A DNA stretch of 64,000 nt from Mytilus californianus (taxonomy: Eukaryota). The stretch lies in NCBI RefSeq assembly GCF_021869535.1, contig NW_026262712.1, positions 38,874,001-38,938,000 on the forward strand, given 5' to 3'. Position 1 is the first letter of the stretch. Each line of letters starts with the position of its first letter. A model generated the notes under the pieces. That model searched no databases and had not been told where the DNA came from. It saw only the letters and a list, made by a program, of their open reading frames with translations. Position numbers and translations under genes: made by a program. Below are positions 36,844 to 50,100 of the stretch, one piece after another.

Positions 36844-39173
36844 TTAAGTTTGCACCTGCTTACCACTTTTAACCCAAAATTGATTGTTCATTTTTCTGTA
36901 CTTTCTTTTGATTCGTTCACTTTTTATCATGTAGGATTTGCGGAATCTTACTCGTAAAGATTCAGCTGTTGAGTCATGATTATTTGATTTTCTATGATAA
37001 ATCATCTTAATGTCGTCGTTGCATTTTTCGACCCCTTGTCCTGTAAATTGTTTGATACTTCTGTACTTTCGCAAAAAGAACGAAACATGATATACTAGAA
37101 TATGCATATATGGTGTAACATATTTAAAATCAAAACCTTCAAGACACACTCGTAAAGCCGTAAAGTCTGAAACCCACTTTTGTGCAGAGCCAAAGAATCC
37201 GTCAATTTGTTCGTCGGATGGACTCCATGTATTTATGACAGAGTAAAGAACATAGAAGTCCGCCCATAGCTTACTCAGACTATCTCTTGAATTTTCTGGA
37301 ACACATTCACTTACACGCAGTTTTTTCTGTGAGAAGATGCAGAATCTTTTTAAATTCAGTTCCAGTTGGGCTTGTCCAATCAAGATTCTTAATAGAGTCA
37401 CCCCTCCCATCCTTGACCTTATTCTCTCAAATAGAAAAGGATATACCACAACTTCTTATCAACTCTACTACTTGATCAACCCGCGTACTGCTCTTTGTTC
37501 TTTTTCCTAAATTTTCCTTTTGGTCCATATTGATAGCATTTTCTATCAAGTTTCTCAACAGCAAATCACCAATTCGCATCATTAAATGAAGTTCATCGAC
37601 GACCACATGATCTAGATCTATATACAGCAAAAGCGGATGAATTGAACCGTAATTTGTTGTTTTCTTGTTACATAATTTTATCATTTCTTCAATTGATCTT
37701 TTGAAATTATCGTACCTGTAAAAGTTTTCACTTTTACTCATATCGTATCTATTTTTCTTTTCTATCTTACAATAAAGGCATGCAAAATTTGCATTGGCCG
37801 CATTTAAACCTAGTGAAATCGATAAAAACTTCATATCCCCTCCTAAAAATAAATCTAATAAGTATTATTGACCACTCGAAGACTGATATGGGATATAGCC
37901 AATTTCATTTCTTTTTGCCAAAAGACTGTTAATGTCTTTGAAAATATCTGATAAAGATTCTTGTATTGATATGAAATCTTCTTTTCCATCAACAATAGCG
38001 AGTGTATGTTACCCAGACACTGACATGACTTCCTCGCCGCTGTTCAAAACAGCCAGCGATAAAACCAAAAAGTTTGACATTCGGGACATTTTAGCACCAT
38101 CTGCTGCAAACATTATTTGAATGACAAGTATCTCTACCTCTATATCATGTCTATTAAGAAGTCTATCTATAGTTTCTTTCAACGTGAGTTGAGCACCCGG
38201 ACTTTTACAAGGGGTCTGAGTTATTGTGCACATATCATTGATATCCTGACGACATTGTTTTATCAAGTACGATCTTGGAAGTCCGTTATTGTACACAGCA
38301 AGTTCATGATAAGCATCGTCAGAAACACCAAATTTGTCAAGAACATACAAAAGACTTTTTACCTTATCTTGCTCCGTCTCTGGCATCTGATCATACCTGC
38401 TAACAGGTTTTGTGTTTTTTAAGAGGTCATGCGTAGAACCTGCTGAGTCGACTACCTTTAACTCTTGTAAATCAATCCCAATCGATTTAGCAAACCATAA
38501 AGCCTTGTTTACCCTCTCCTTAAGAATACTAATCTTTTAAGTTGACTGTTTCCTACTTTTACACTCTGGTATTGTCTTACCTTTATTTACTAGAGGGCTT
38601 TGTAGGTTTTCAATGTACTTATTTAAGGCTGTATTTGCCTCTTCATACAACCTCAAATTTTTCTGATAATCATCAGACTTTAATTTGAGAGAGTTTAATT
38701 GTTTTTCTGTTGTCGAATGTTCGGCATTTAACGAGTTCAGCTTGCAATTATACATTTTACGTTCTTCCGCCATTAATTCACTCTTAGAACACATTTCATC
38801 ATAAAACACGTGCAAATGTACATTTTCCAGTGGAAAAGCGTCCCTCCCTCGCCCACCGGTTACACGCCTAGCTTTGAGTTGTGTTCTCCGGACAGCTGAA
38901 AAAAACCTTGATTCAAAAGTAGCGCAGTTTTCTTTAATCGGAAGGACACCATTTTTCAAATTATCATTAATTATGTTTATCGGCGAAATATTTGTCTCAC
39001 TGTAAATGCTGTTTATTTTAAGAACTGTTCCCCTATCTAGAAGGAGTGTGTATCCATGCTTTTTTGTGTGTATCGTTCACTTTTGATGAATTCCCGTTTT
39101 GCGTTTCTGTTGTAGTGTCAATTACTCTTGGTAATGATGTAAAGTTAGTGTTTTTATTAATTTGAAAAGCCAT
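36844..39173 (-). pseudogene. RAG1/Transib-like DDE transposase, decayed (about 770 codons; 4 in-frame stops, 2 frameshifts)
   Basis: Ordered motifs FAADG, GGDMKF..GL.....FACLYC, VVDELHL and YVTPYMHILVYH..FTGQGVEKCND align by eye to RAG1 D600, D708, ZnC2 CxxC, DALH, ZnH2 HxxxxH and E962. Stops at 38537, 38009, ~37866 and 37427; frameshifts at ~39060 and ~37325. Confidence 0.8.
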
Positions 39174-39192
39174 TTTCACTGAAAAGGTTTAT

Positions 39193-40392
39193 TTAAATGA
39201 CAATGTTGACTACTTCCCTCTCTGTTCCGAATTCAATTTTAACAAACTCTTTTGGCCTTTGCTTAGATAAAATTAAAGAACCATTTCCTTGAACTTCAAA
39301 CTGTTTTTTTGACCACCGAAGAATTGGTTTTACATAAACTGGGAACTTGATCCTCTTACCTTTTCCTTGGTTTGAATAAAAAACAACATCCCAGCCATGA
39401 GGGAACAATAAATAATCGAAGTCTGATTTCATATATAAATTATCAGGTTTAGCCTTCAAAATATTTCTGAAAATGTTGTGTTTAATTTCAATATAGAAAT
39501 GCGAGCCAGTTCTTCTATGCAGTCTATCTTGAAATGCAGTCAAAATGTTGTCACTGACGTCTTTTAGTTGAATAGGTGGCAGTGGTTGTGTTGGTTCTCT
39601 GAACTCTTGGATCAGACAGGCAGGTAAATGATCAGCTGGCTCCCACGTGCACTCATATGAAGAAAATCCAACCCATTTCACTAAGTATTCCTCACACTAT
39701 GAACAGAAAAAAAAAAATTCTATTTATTATTTAATGAATAATCTTTGATATTATTAAGTTTTTTATCCTTTAATTTCATAAGATTTGTTGAACAACTTGG
39801 GAAATAACACTATGTACAAGTGTCCATGCACCCCCCCTTTTTTTGTGATAAAAAGAAAAAGACCTTTTCACACACGCACACGCATTCTTTTAAATTTTCA
39901 TTTATTAAGAAAAATCTTATGATGTGTTGTTTTTAAAAGGTATCAATCACAATCGAATTTCAAAATGAATTGGTACAATCCAATTTATTCCCTTTATGGC
40001 GCCTCCTTGTACCGGCAACCCTTCAGAAGCGAGTTGCTTCCCTTTACATTGATAAATCATTGGATTAATTCAATTAATACTTGTAGTTATGAAACATTAC
40101 ATAAACAAGTTTTAGCATTGAATAGTCAGCTAGATGTATGTTGTCTTTTTAATTGCTTTTAAAGTCAAATAGCGAGTTTTTTTAGTCGGACTCACTCAAG
40201 GTCATAATATCAGAACCTGACAGAAAAACATACCCTTTTTAGCTTGCGGCATGCAATGATCCGCTCGACATCATATGTTTCAGGTAAGACTTCTCTCCTT
40301 TCGACTGTCTCTGTCGCTGTACGGTCAGTGCCACTAAAGTTTCCGTCCGCAAGCCGATTGAAATCAATTTTCCTTTTACGTATGTTTGGCAT
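39193..40392 (-). CDS. Two-exon chromodomain protein, 220 aa (exons 40392-40234 and 39696-39193)
   Basis: Donor AGG|gtatgt and acceptor ttctgttcatag|TGT join YDVERIIACRKLKR to CEEYLVKWVGFSSYECTWEP..L, a canonical chromodomain. The spliced ORF is intact to its TAA. Confidence 0.8.
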
Positions 40393-42337
40393 GTGGGTTT
40401 TTTAGTAAATAAAAGGGAGATAACTCGCACAAAGGGGCGGATTTAGCATAGGTCTTGTGATTTAGCTAATAAATAAAGTACCCGCAATTTTGCCGTATGA
40501 ATTGGGGGCTGTTCTCTGATGCTTATGGTACCTTATCCTTTTAGTTCATTTATATGTTTAAGAGTTTAGTGTGACGTCCATTTCGCTCAAATAGTATACA
40601 TTATTGTGAAGGGGGCAATTGAAGTCCTCGGGTTGCGGGATTTTCTCACTGCATTGGAGACGCATTGGTGGTTTTGGGAAGTTTTCTGCCAGTTTTTCGG
40701 CTGGGTTGTTGTCTCTTTGGCAAGTTCCCTGTTTCCATTATGATGATTATTTATTCTATGGAATGGAAAAAGAAAGATAAATCACACTTATTATTACATA
40801 TTTTTTACGAACACATTTGATTTTGCATATGAAATAAACGCAGTTTTACCTAAGTCTAATTGCTGCCTAGGGCAAATAACCGGAGCTTCCCATACAATCT
40901 CAATAGGAGAGCCATATATCAACCCCAAGGGAAAAATCCATATCGGCCCTCATCTTGGTTGGAGAATCATGTAAGTCTTTGAGACTTACTTGATTATAAA
41001 GTAACTCTGCCGTTTAAAAATCTATTTAAACAGCACAGTTTTCAAAGATATTAAAACATCTTTATTATTGATGTGACGTCCTATATTATGACGTTGTTGC
41101 TAGAATCAAAACGTCTTTGTGTTTATTTTCGGAGCACCCCAGATGTGGTTATAGGAATTATTGAGGAATTATTGGATGGTTATAAAATGTTTTATACATA
41201 ATACAAGCATACAAAAAACAACAACAAATAAACAAAGATAAAATAAAATTAAGTAAGAGCAAAGAAAGAAAATAAGTACATATTTTTTATTTATTTTTTT
41301 ATTTTATTTTCTCGTTCCAATTTCATAGACTAGATATGTGATAAATAGGTAATTTCATGATACTGTCCATATCGGCCCTAGTGTCATCCCTTGTCCTATA
41401 TCAGGACTATGTACTTAGCCCTCCGTCCGATATGGGAATATGAGACAGTTGCTAAGGCCATATGGAAAATGCCATGTAAATATCTATAATCATTATATGC
41501 TAATGATACCGTGATATCAAGTGAAATTTTCAAGATCTACAAAAGATGATAGATGATTATTTGAAAATATGGTATTAAAAAATTTGATGAATGATAAAAT
41601 ACTGGTTTAAATTTTTAATACAGATACTGTTATTTTAAAACATGGTTTAAAATCATCATGATCATGTTAGAATCTATTTTTAAAACGCCCTATACTAGAC
41701 TGTACTGGGCTTGCGAAAAATGAGAAATGTTGTATATAATTATCGTATTATAATTGACGTTATCAGGGCACATATCAGGCAGTTGAAATCGAATGCGAGT
41801 TTAAACACTTTTTTTTAAAGAATCATCAACATGAATTTTTTACAAATATATAGACGACTTATATCGTTTACAGTTATATAATATAGAAGGAAAACTCTTC
41901 AATTATGTATTTAAACAATTAATTTGTCAGTATAGAATATGTGCACGTTGTTTGTAGATGGTACAGTTATCATCAGGAGAAAACATTAAAGAACTTTACA
42001 ATTAAGGGAAATATGTGTTATCTGCTATTGCTTTTAAACAGTTGGGTTCCGATATTATTCGATATTCATTAACGTGAATACATGTTTGTGTGAACTGAAA
42101 TGATATGTATAAATCGGTATATATCTATAAACTGTATTGGTTTTCAAATAAAGTATTACTGGGAATGCCATACATGTCCAAAATTAAAACGGAAATTTTC
42201 TTCAAATGTTTGGCTACAAAATATAGACACGAGGTCAGTTGGTCATCCATAATTATCTTTAATTATACATATGTTGCCTTCTTAGTTCTATTCACAGTTA
42301 CTGACGTCCTTCCTGAAAAACTATGATACTCAAGATG

Positions 42338-43064
42338 TTAATTTACATGTGTATGAAAGATACTGTCCAATTGAGGCTGGTTTTCCTGATTTTGACTTCC
42401 TACAGATTTGTCCGTTTTGTCATCACGTGGCGTAGTTTCAGATGTGTTCTCAGCCTTAAGCTGTTGTCTAAGTAGAAAATAATAGAGATACAAGAATGAC
42501 AACTGAAAAATGAATCCCAAGATGGGAACAACGAATACATAAGATGCATACCATTTATGGTTTGAACATACCCAATCTTCCTTTAACTGATTTAGTGCAT
42601 GCTCATCGATATACCAAAGATACAGTAATAATCCACTCCGGCATAATATAAGATGTAATAAAATACGAAAAATGTTTCTCCACATTGATCGTTCTTGTGG
42701 CATTTATAAATATCTGACACACAAAAGCAAAAGATGTATCCTATCATTCCCAAGAATAAAACAGGCTCCTCTGAAAACCGAAAACTTTCGTTAACAGCCC
42801 TTCTTTCACAAGTACCATATATAACTCCAAATAATAAACGATAAAGATGGAAGTAAAAAGTAACGAGATTGTACTCAGCGGTTACTAGTGCAATCAAGAG
42901 AATACGAGGAAATATTTCAGCAAAACGTGAGACCCAGTGAATGAGTTTAATTAAAAAGCTATCTTCTTCCTTCTGTTTTGTCTCTCGATACTGCTGTTTA
43001 AAGGCATTCAAAGACCATGCAAGTCCTAGGGATGACTCGGCAATACTCAGAAAACGAATAATCC
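42338..43064 (-). pseudogene. XK-related (XKR) multipass membrane protein, terminal exon with a 1-nt frameshift at ~42640 (pseudogene or assembly error)
   Basis: Acceptor ttatag|GG at 43064. XK-like segments SSLGLAWSL, SRFAEIFPRILLIAL, FYYILYYA(E)SGLLLYLWY and GFIFQLSFLYLYY lie in two overlapping frames. Upstream exons were not found. Confidence 0.7.
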
Positions 43065-44189
43065 CTATAACACAGAAGTAAAAATTAACTGTTACATATA
43101 TTCACAGAAGGTCAAACTTCAATGTACTATTATTTTCATTATAAAACATTAATATAGATATGATCAATAAGTCAAAATGTTACCATACTTTATTATAAAT
43201 CTATAAATCGATGATGGGGGTCGAAGCTTCTAACAATTTGAAAAGCGAGTCATATTGCTATTAATTTTTGTTTTTATCTCTTATGCCGCCATGTTATAGT
43301 TTAGTGTTTTTTCCTGGACTGTTTTATACATTTTATGTTGGATATTTGTATTTTGTTTATCTTTTTTTTTTGTATTAAAATGGGGTAGATTGAAACGAAC
43401 TAATTTCACCATGTCAGATATGCATGTTCCTAATTCAAGTCAAGGTCTTCGTCAATAGTTGCAGTATGTCTCTATTTAATTCTATCACTATTATAGATTA
43501 TAGATTGGTTCATTGATCGATGGATTGGTGCTTAACGCCACTTTCATCTCTATTGGCTATTTCGTGGCGGTAAGTTTGTATGGGCAGAGGAAGCTGGAAT
43601 GCCCAGAGAGAACCAGCCATCCTTGTCAATTTAGTTGGAAGTCGTGCACACTTGCCACGTGTGGAGATTCGAACAGGCTAGTGAAAAACAAATATTGCAG
43701 ACATGAACCAACGACAACCACTGAACTACAGGCTCCTTTCTTGGGACAGGCACCTAAAGAATGTTGCCGGGTTAAACATTTTTGTGAGCACTCAACCCTC
43801 CCCTAACCTGAGACAGTGGTGTAACAGTACAACATAAGAACAGACTATAAAAAAAAGATTTAAACGGCTTAACTCATCAGATGGCTATATAGAAATACAT
43901 CTAACAAAACACAGAGTGGACATGGACGGGTACTTATACATCCCAAAAACAAAAATACAGTAAGCACAGATCTGAGAGTACTCGCAGTTACGGACAGCTA
44001 ATTCAAACCCAATAACAACTAATGAAAAAAATCATGTATCCAAGAGTATAATATCAATCAGTACACATCCAACATCCGATGGATTTAGTGTAAAGACCTC
44101 ATTAACAGTCAGAAAAAAAACATGACATTGTGCAAGCCTAAACTGTAGGTATCGACAGAGTGTAGTACCGTGAAAGTACATATGTGCAG

Positions 44190-44480
44190 TATCTTTTATG
44201 GTTTTAAATTACAGATAACAAAAACAATATTTATACCAATAAAAACAATATTTAATTGCAATGTTGAATAAGTAACCTTTAGAATAAATTTATTTAAGGG
44301 ATTGACAAGTTTACCCGGATCGTATCTAAATTTCCGGGCTCGGTTTACAACATCACCGTAAAATTTAGGATGTGCTATTCCGTTTGAAATATATGTCATA
44401 GAGTTACAGCCGAACTTGCTGACAAACAAATATATTACATAGTTGGACAGTCTATACCTTCTACTAGATTTAGTTCCAAC
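44190..44480 (-). mobile_element. Penelope-like RT C-terminal fragment
   Basis: YISNGIAHPKFYGDVVNRARKFRYDPGKLVNPLNK resembles the HPIFYGN segment at 30.5 kb. Confidence 0.65.
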
Positions 44481-47169
44481 TTATTTTGTTTCAGATTATG
44501 GAATATGGATCTCCTGAAGTGTCATTTTGGGGTTTTATTACAAATCTACTGACTTGCATTTATAATTCATCAGAGTGTATGATTTGTGGTAATGAGATAT
44601 ATCAACAAGTATTATACCGCTGTTCAAAAGTCATTAATCGATTAAGAGAAAACAAATTTTGGTTACAAACTTAAACCGAGGGACAAACATCAACTTTAAG
44701 AGGAAAACAAAGGAACAATAGAGACACTTAACTGCAAGAAAACAAACAACAAACGCCAAAATACATAGAAACGGACTATTTGATAACAACTGCAATATTC
44801 CTGACTTGGTACAGAACATTTTAAGAAAAAGAAAAGAGGGGTTGAACCTGGTGTTATGACTAGCCAAACCTCCCGCTTATATGGCAATGTTAAAATATAT
44901 ATATATATCGCTAAAATGTCAACACTACGTGACAGGAAGATAATACAACCAAACGCAAGAACACTCAGCACAGATAAATGCATACATAAATAACATAATA
45001 GTACATTACAACATGTAAACCACATAATAACAACGGACACCACAAACAGTGACGTATTTTTTGTGACGTGTATATTATCTTAAAATTCATACAATTATAT
45101 GGAATGAGATCCAAAAATTCACACTTATTTTCACAATACTAGTCCAAATAATTATCATGATTGTGACGGTCTTGAAAGGCTTTTTAAATCTAATGCTGTG
45201 ACGATCATATTTTTTTGGACTAACACTATCTATGGAAAATAGAAATTAACTCGACTTTACTGACAAATAAGACATATGTGAAATGTACCGAAAATACAGA
45301 ATTCAAACCACAAACGATAAGACATAGCACAATATCCAACCGTAATTACACAAGAAACATCATAACTTAATACATGAATGTTGGATGTATAAATAGCGAG
45401 ACACGTCGTTTAGCAATGCGAATTTACACTCGGCAAAGCAGTCATATTCGGGAATAGGTCACGTTCTGTACTTAGTAAACAGACGACGTAGATGGTAAAC
45501 CACAATCTAAGAAGAGGCAAAAATGTCGTTGGTTAGTTAAGACACAGACACATCGCATAAATCAACCAATTCGTGATGGTGTCCATACAATTTACGGATT
45601 TTCATTTTTAATCTATCTTCCTCATAACTTTGTTGAAGCAGTTTCTGCGTAAGGAGTACACTCCTGTATAGGAAGTCCGTATAATGTGAATGTCAGTTAA
45701 AGCTAATGTACAAAAGAAATTATAAAATGTATGAATTATAATGTATTGATAATGAATCAAATTAGCTGCCAAAATGTTTTGATATAGGATTTTACTGCAC
45801 AATACAATACAGTTTTTATTTTTCCACTCCAGAGAAACGGCATTTGGTCGGTTCTATGTTCATTGCAGCTCCTGAGCACATTGCATGGGCTTCATGTTGA
45901 GTTTCTCCTGTACAAAGAAATTAACATTGAAAGTTACACATTAAACATATGATATTAATAATACATAAAAAAAGGATTAAAAAGGTAGTTGCATTGTGTA
46001 AAGATTTGTCCTAGAAGTTTATAGGTCATACCGTTGTTAGTCATTATTCTTAAGTAGTAGTATAATTTGAATGATTAAAAATGCACAAGGAATATACATA
46101 AACAAAACTTACAAACAGGAAATATTTTGATTTTCTTCTCGTTTTTAATTAGTCGCCATTTGCAAACACATTTCTATGTGATATATCTGGTTTGAGCAGT
46201 CATGAATTCAATTTAATTCCGATAAATTATGCATATCCCTGATTCAAAAACTCTCTACTCAGAAACTGGCGACGTCTTATGAAGTCTTAGTAACAGCTGC
46301 AATTTCTTGAATACCGAATCAGTCGGGAAATGTATACCTCAATTGAATCCATAACTATTTTGAAATTATGGTTCCTATTATTGTGTTAGGGTTCTTTAAA
46401 CTAAGGATCATGCTATGTCACCTTATGTTGAAATATGTTTAGAATGGTATATAAACACTGACCGTAAATGATAAATACAAAAAGATTGCTATTTTCATTT
46501 GAAATGATTAATTATGAAGCTTCAAAGTCTTAAGGTATAACATTTCTATTTGAAAACAATTTAGCAACTGTGAGAATATAGTTGTTCCTTCTTCTGATAC
46601 ATTACATGTTTTTACCTTCCTTTTGATCCTGTGGTTTTGGAAGTGGGATGTTAAAAAGTGAACATTTGAATTACGTAAATTTCTTTTTTTCCTTTTCCAC
46701 TATCAAGTCTTAACTACGTACGTAAAAGATCATTGTTTTTTTTTCACTTATCCTTTCATCGATTTCAGTTTTAAATCAATTGAATTGTATTTCCTTATGA
46801 AAGTGACATAACTGATGTCATATTTGAAACAATTAGCTTCTATAATTATAGTAAAAACATAAAAGCATTTTTTACGGTCTGACAAACATGCATATTGTTG
46901 GTGTTATGTCGCTGGTTTTTACCTGTACATGTGTATAACGTAAATAAAAGCTTTGATTAATTACAATATAAGTAGAACAAACTTATGTTTTGTTGTTTTT
47001 TCAGAATTCTATACTATAAATTGATTATCTACATCAATGTGAATTCACTTTTTTCTAATTTGTCAAAATTAGCTTACATTACCAGTATTTTCGTCATTAA
47101 CGGCTTCTGATCTTGTTACCATACATTGCTACAATTGTAATTATTTTGCAGCCGTAAAACCGTCCAATT

Positions 47170-50100
47170 ATGCTGTGTTTACGTGTAAGTGTCTTTTTTT
47201 TTAAATGTGCAGTAAACATGTAATAACTGGAATTTCAGATAAAATAGAAATGCATGTTGCTTTGTAATTGCAACATTTCAAGGCGTTTTTGTACATCACT
47301 TGTGATATATTTAAGTTTGTGGTATTCATGATGTCTGAGAGTCGTATGATATCTTCCTTGCTTTTCTATTTTGAAGTTGTTGATATTTAGAATAGAAATG
47401 TATGGAGTTTGTCTCTAACATAAAACTTTCGTGATCAAATGAAAATTCACAACTAAAACAATTCTGTGTTTGATACTCGATCTTGCAGATTCCTTCATAT
47501 ACTGGTACTTTCTACCAAAATTTGTTCCTCGCGGCATTAAAAGTACAACCATGAATATGCAAAAATATACATTAGATTGGATATTGCAAATGATCTATTA
47601 CAGTTTAACACATGAGAATTCTATGCAATTACTCTCAACTAAAACTTTCCATGATTCATCAATATTTTTAAAGGTAATGTCTTGACATAGAAGCTCAAAC
47701 ACTGAATTATACTCCGATTGACATTTCGGTTAAACCGTCATATATGAAGATACATACTTCAGTGAGAAATCATTTGATAACTTTTTTTTCAATTTGCCTA
47801 TATACTGTAGACATACCCTTGAGGGTGTAAACCCTATGACATGTATGAGATGAATCGTCTTTTCGGCTTTATATAATAATCAAAACAAAAACATAGATGT
47901 TTATTATTTAGAAAATATCATTCAGAAAATTGACTTTATTCAGAAAAATGTATAATATATGCAATATAAATAATTACTACTAATGACATCATGGTTTTCA
48001 ATGAATGAATATTGTATATTTCATTTGTAAGGTTTAACCTTATCATGCTTATTAAGTGTTTGTTGTATGCCAATAATCTTCGAGTGTATAGTATAAATAC
48101 AAGTTAGGACAAAGTCAAATTAAATCAACTGATTAATTGAGTATGAATCGAAGAATTCAATGAAATAGAAACAACACAAAGAAGTGTATACATATGACTG
48201 TGTGGTCGTTTTTACCAAGGAAGTACGTTTTTTCAAAATTAACAAGTTGCTATCTTGGGAACGCTGATCATGCTGATTAAACAAAAAAATCAAAAACATA
48301 ACTTGCATCTTATCCGTCCAGAAAAATGAATGTCCTCTAAATCGTAGCTTTGTTTTACACGATTGACTGATTTATTGTTAACGTTTAACGCCACTTTCAA
48401 CACTCTTTGGCGTATCATATCAGTTCTTATAATCGGTGAGGAAAGTTGTTGTGTCCGAAGAAAACCATTGTCGTCCGACATAACAACTGAAATGCCAATT
48501 TAAGATTTACATTGTCAATTACATGTAAGATTAGAGCCTCTTGAGGGGTTCAAAACCACATCTTGAGTGTTGACAGACAAATGGTCACTGTAAATGAACT
48601 ACTTAGACTGCTATGCCACCGAGGCTTTTTATCTTAGATACAAATTTACATCCTACTTATCACTGATTTTTCATTTCAGAATATTGCAACATGTTTGTTT
48701 GGTATCATGATGTCTATTTACACAGTGGGTAAGAAAATAACAAGTAGAAAATGTTAATGACTGTTCTGCCGAACCCTTTAAACGATTTCAACTTCAAATG
48801 CACAATGTTCTTCACTAGTCAATATCCGAATATGATGCCAGACTTTAAATGGGTCTTATTCTTTATTTAATGTTATATATGTTGAAATATTGAATTCTTG
48901 AATATGTGTTACCTATACATACGGAATCTGCAGATACGATTAACTCGGGATAGAATAGATGGATCAACAGATATTTTCAAAGAGAGTCGAAATTCAGAGT
49001 AGCATTTTAACTTTAACATAAACAAAAGCAATCAAAGAAACACAAATGGCACATTTACAAAATAAAAGACGAAAACTAAAAGAAAACACCAAAAATGTTT
49101 TAAAAAATGAAACTACCATCGGAATCAGATTTTCGGGATGAGCATTCTCTCAAAAATTAAATTATAAGATATGACAAATACGTGAATTATAAAATTGATT
49201 AACTTTAATGATTTATGAATATCAATGGGAAAATAATTGTTATTCTGTCTTTCTATTATACAAGGGTTACAGCCCAGTAATGTCAAAGATAATCTTGAAC
49301 TGTTGCTTTAACGGCCCTCGTGTTATACATTGTTATACTAGTCTTCATTTTGTATCCGTCTTTGGTGTTTCTCAAAATTGATTAAGGATGTACTAAGGTT
49401 TAGGAATTTTTGTCAGATGTTCGGACTCCTTGGTTTTTTTCCTTTGATACAGGGTAGAATATTTTTCCCCATAACACCCATTTCTTTTCATATAAGACTT
49501 CAATAGCTCATAAAAAGGTCATAATTATCAAAATTTAAGCAGATTATAGATTTCTTTTCTTTCGATTTGAGACCCAAACAATACCAATGCAAATATAAGG
49601 TAAGAGTACGAATCAGCCTTTTCCCGCCATTTTTTTTTAAAATTAAATATCTAGAAAAGAAGCTCTATAACCTATAAATGTGTTTAGCTTATTTTGTTAC
49701 TTAACTAATGCTATTCTGACTTATGGTATCAATTTTAAATTCTAGATAGTTTGAATTTCACCTAAGTACATCCTTAAGAGAGTATAAAGCTACATCATAT
49801 CATACTGATATAAAACAGGTAAAATGATTATTGAAATAATAACAAGCTTTCAGTAAGAAAGAATCTTAAATAATGATTAAATAACAGTTCAATGTTTGTG
49901 TGTGTTCACATGTTTGCATATTTTCGTTTCAGAGGCCAGAACTGTGAGACAAAAAAGGGCTGTATGGAACCTTGCATATCAATTGACCTATTATTTTGGA
50001 TCAGGTCAAGCCACTGCACTTCTAGACTACGGATGTTATTGTGGATGGTATGGTAGTGGAATGCCAGTTGACGGCGTAGATCGGTAAGTATGCATGAGTA

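Noticed and set aside
36549-41786. RSS-like or CAC-type TIRs for the RAG1-like element (CACTGCCTGA versus TCAGGCAGTT; CATCAGAGA versus TCTCTGATG at ~40513)
   Set aside because: Only 9-bp matches with no TSD, as expected by chance over several kb. The element's ends remain undefined.
45608-45907. Minus-strand exon with a strong acceptor as upstream XK exon
   Set aside because: No XK similarity and no good phase-compatible donor.
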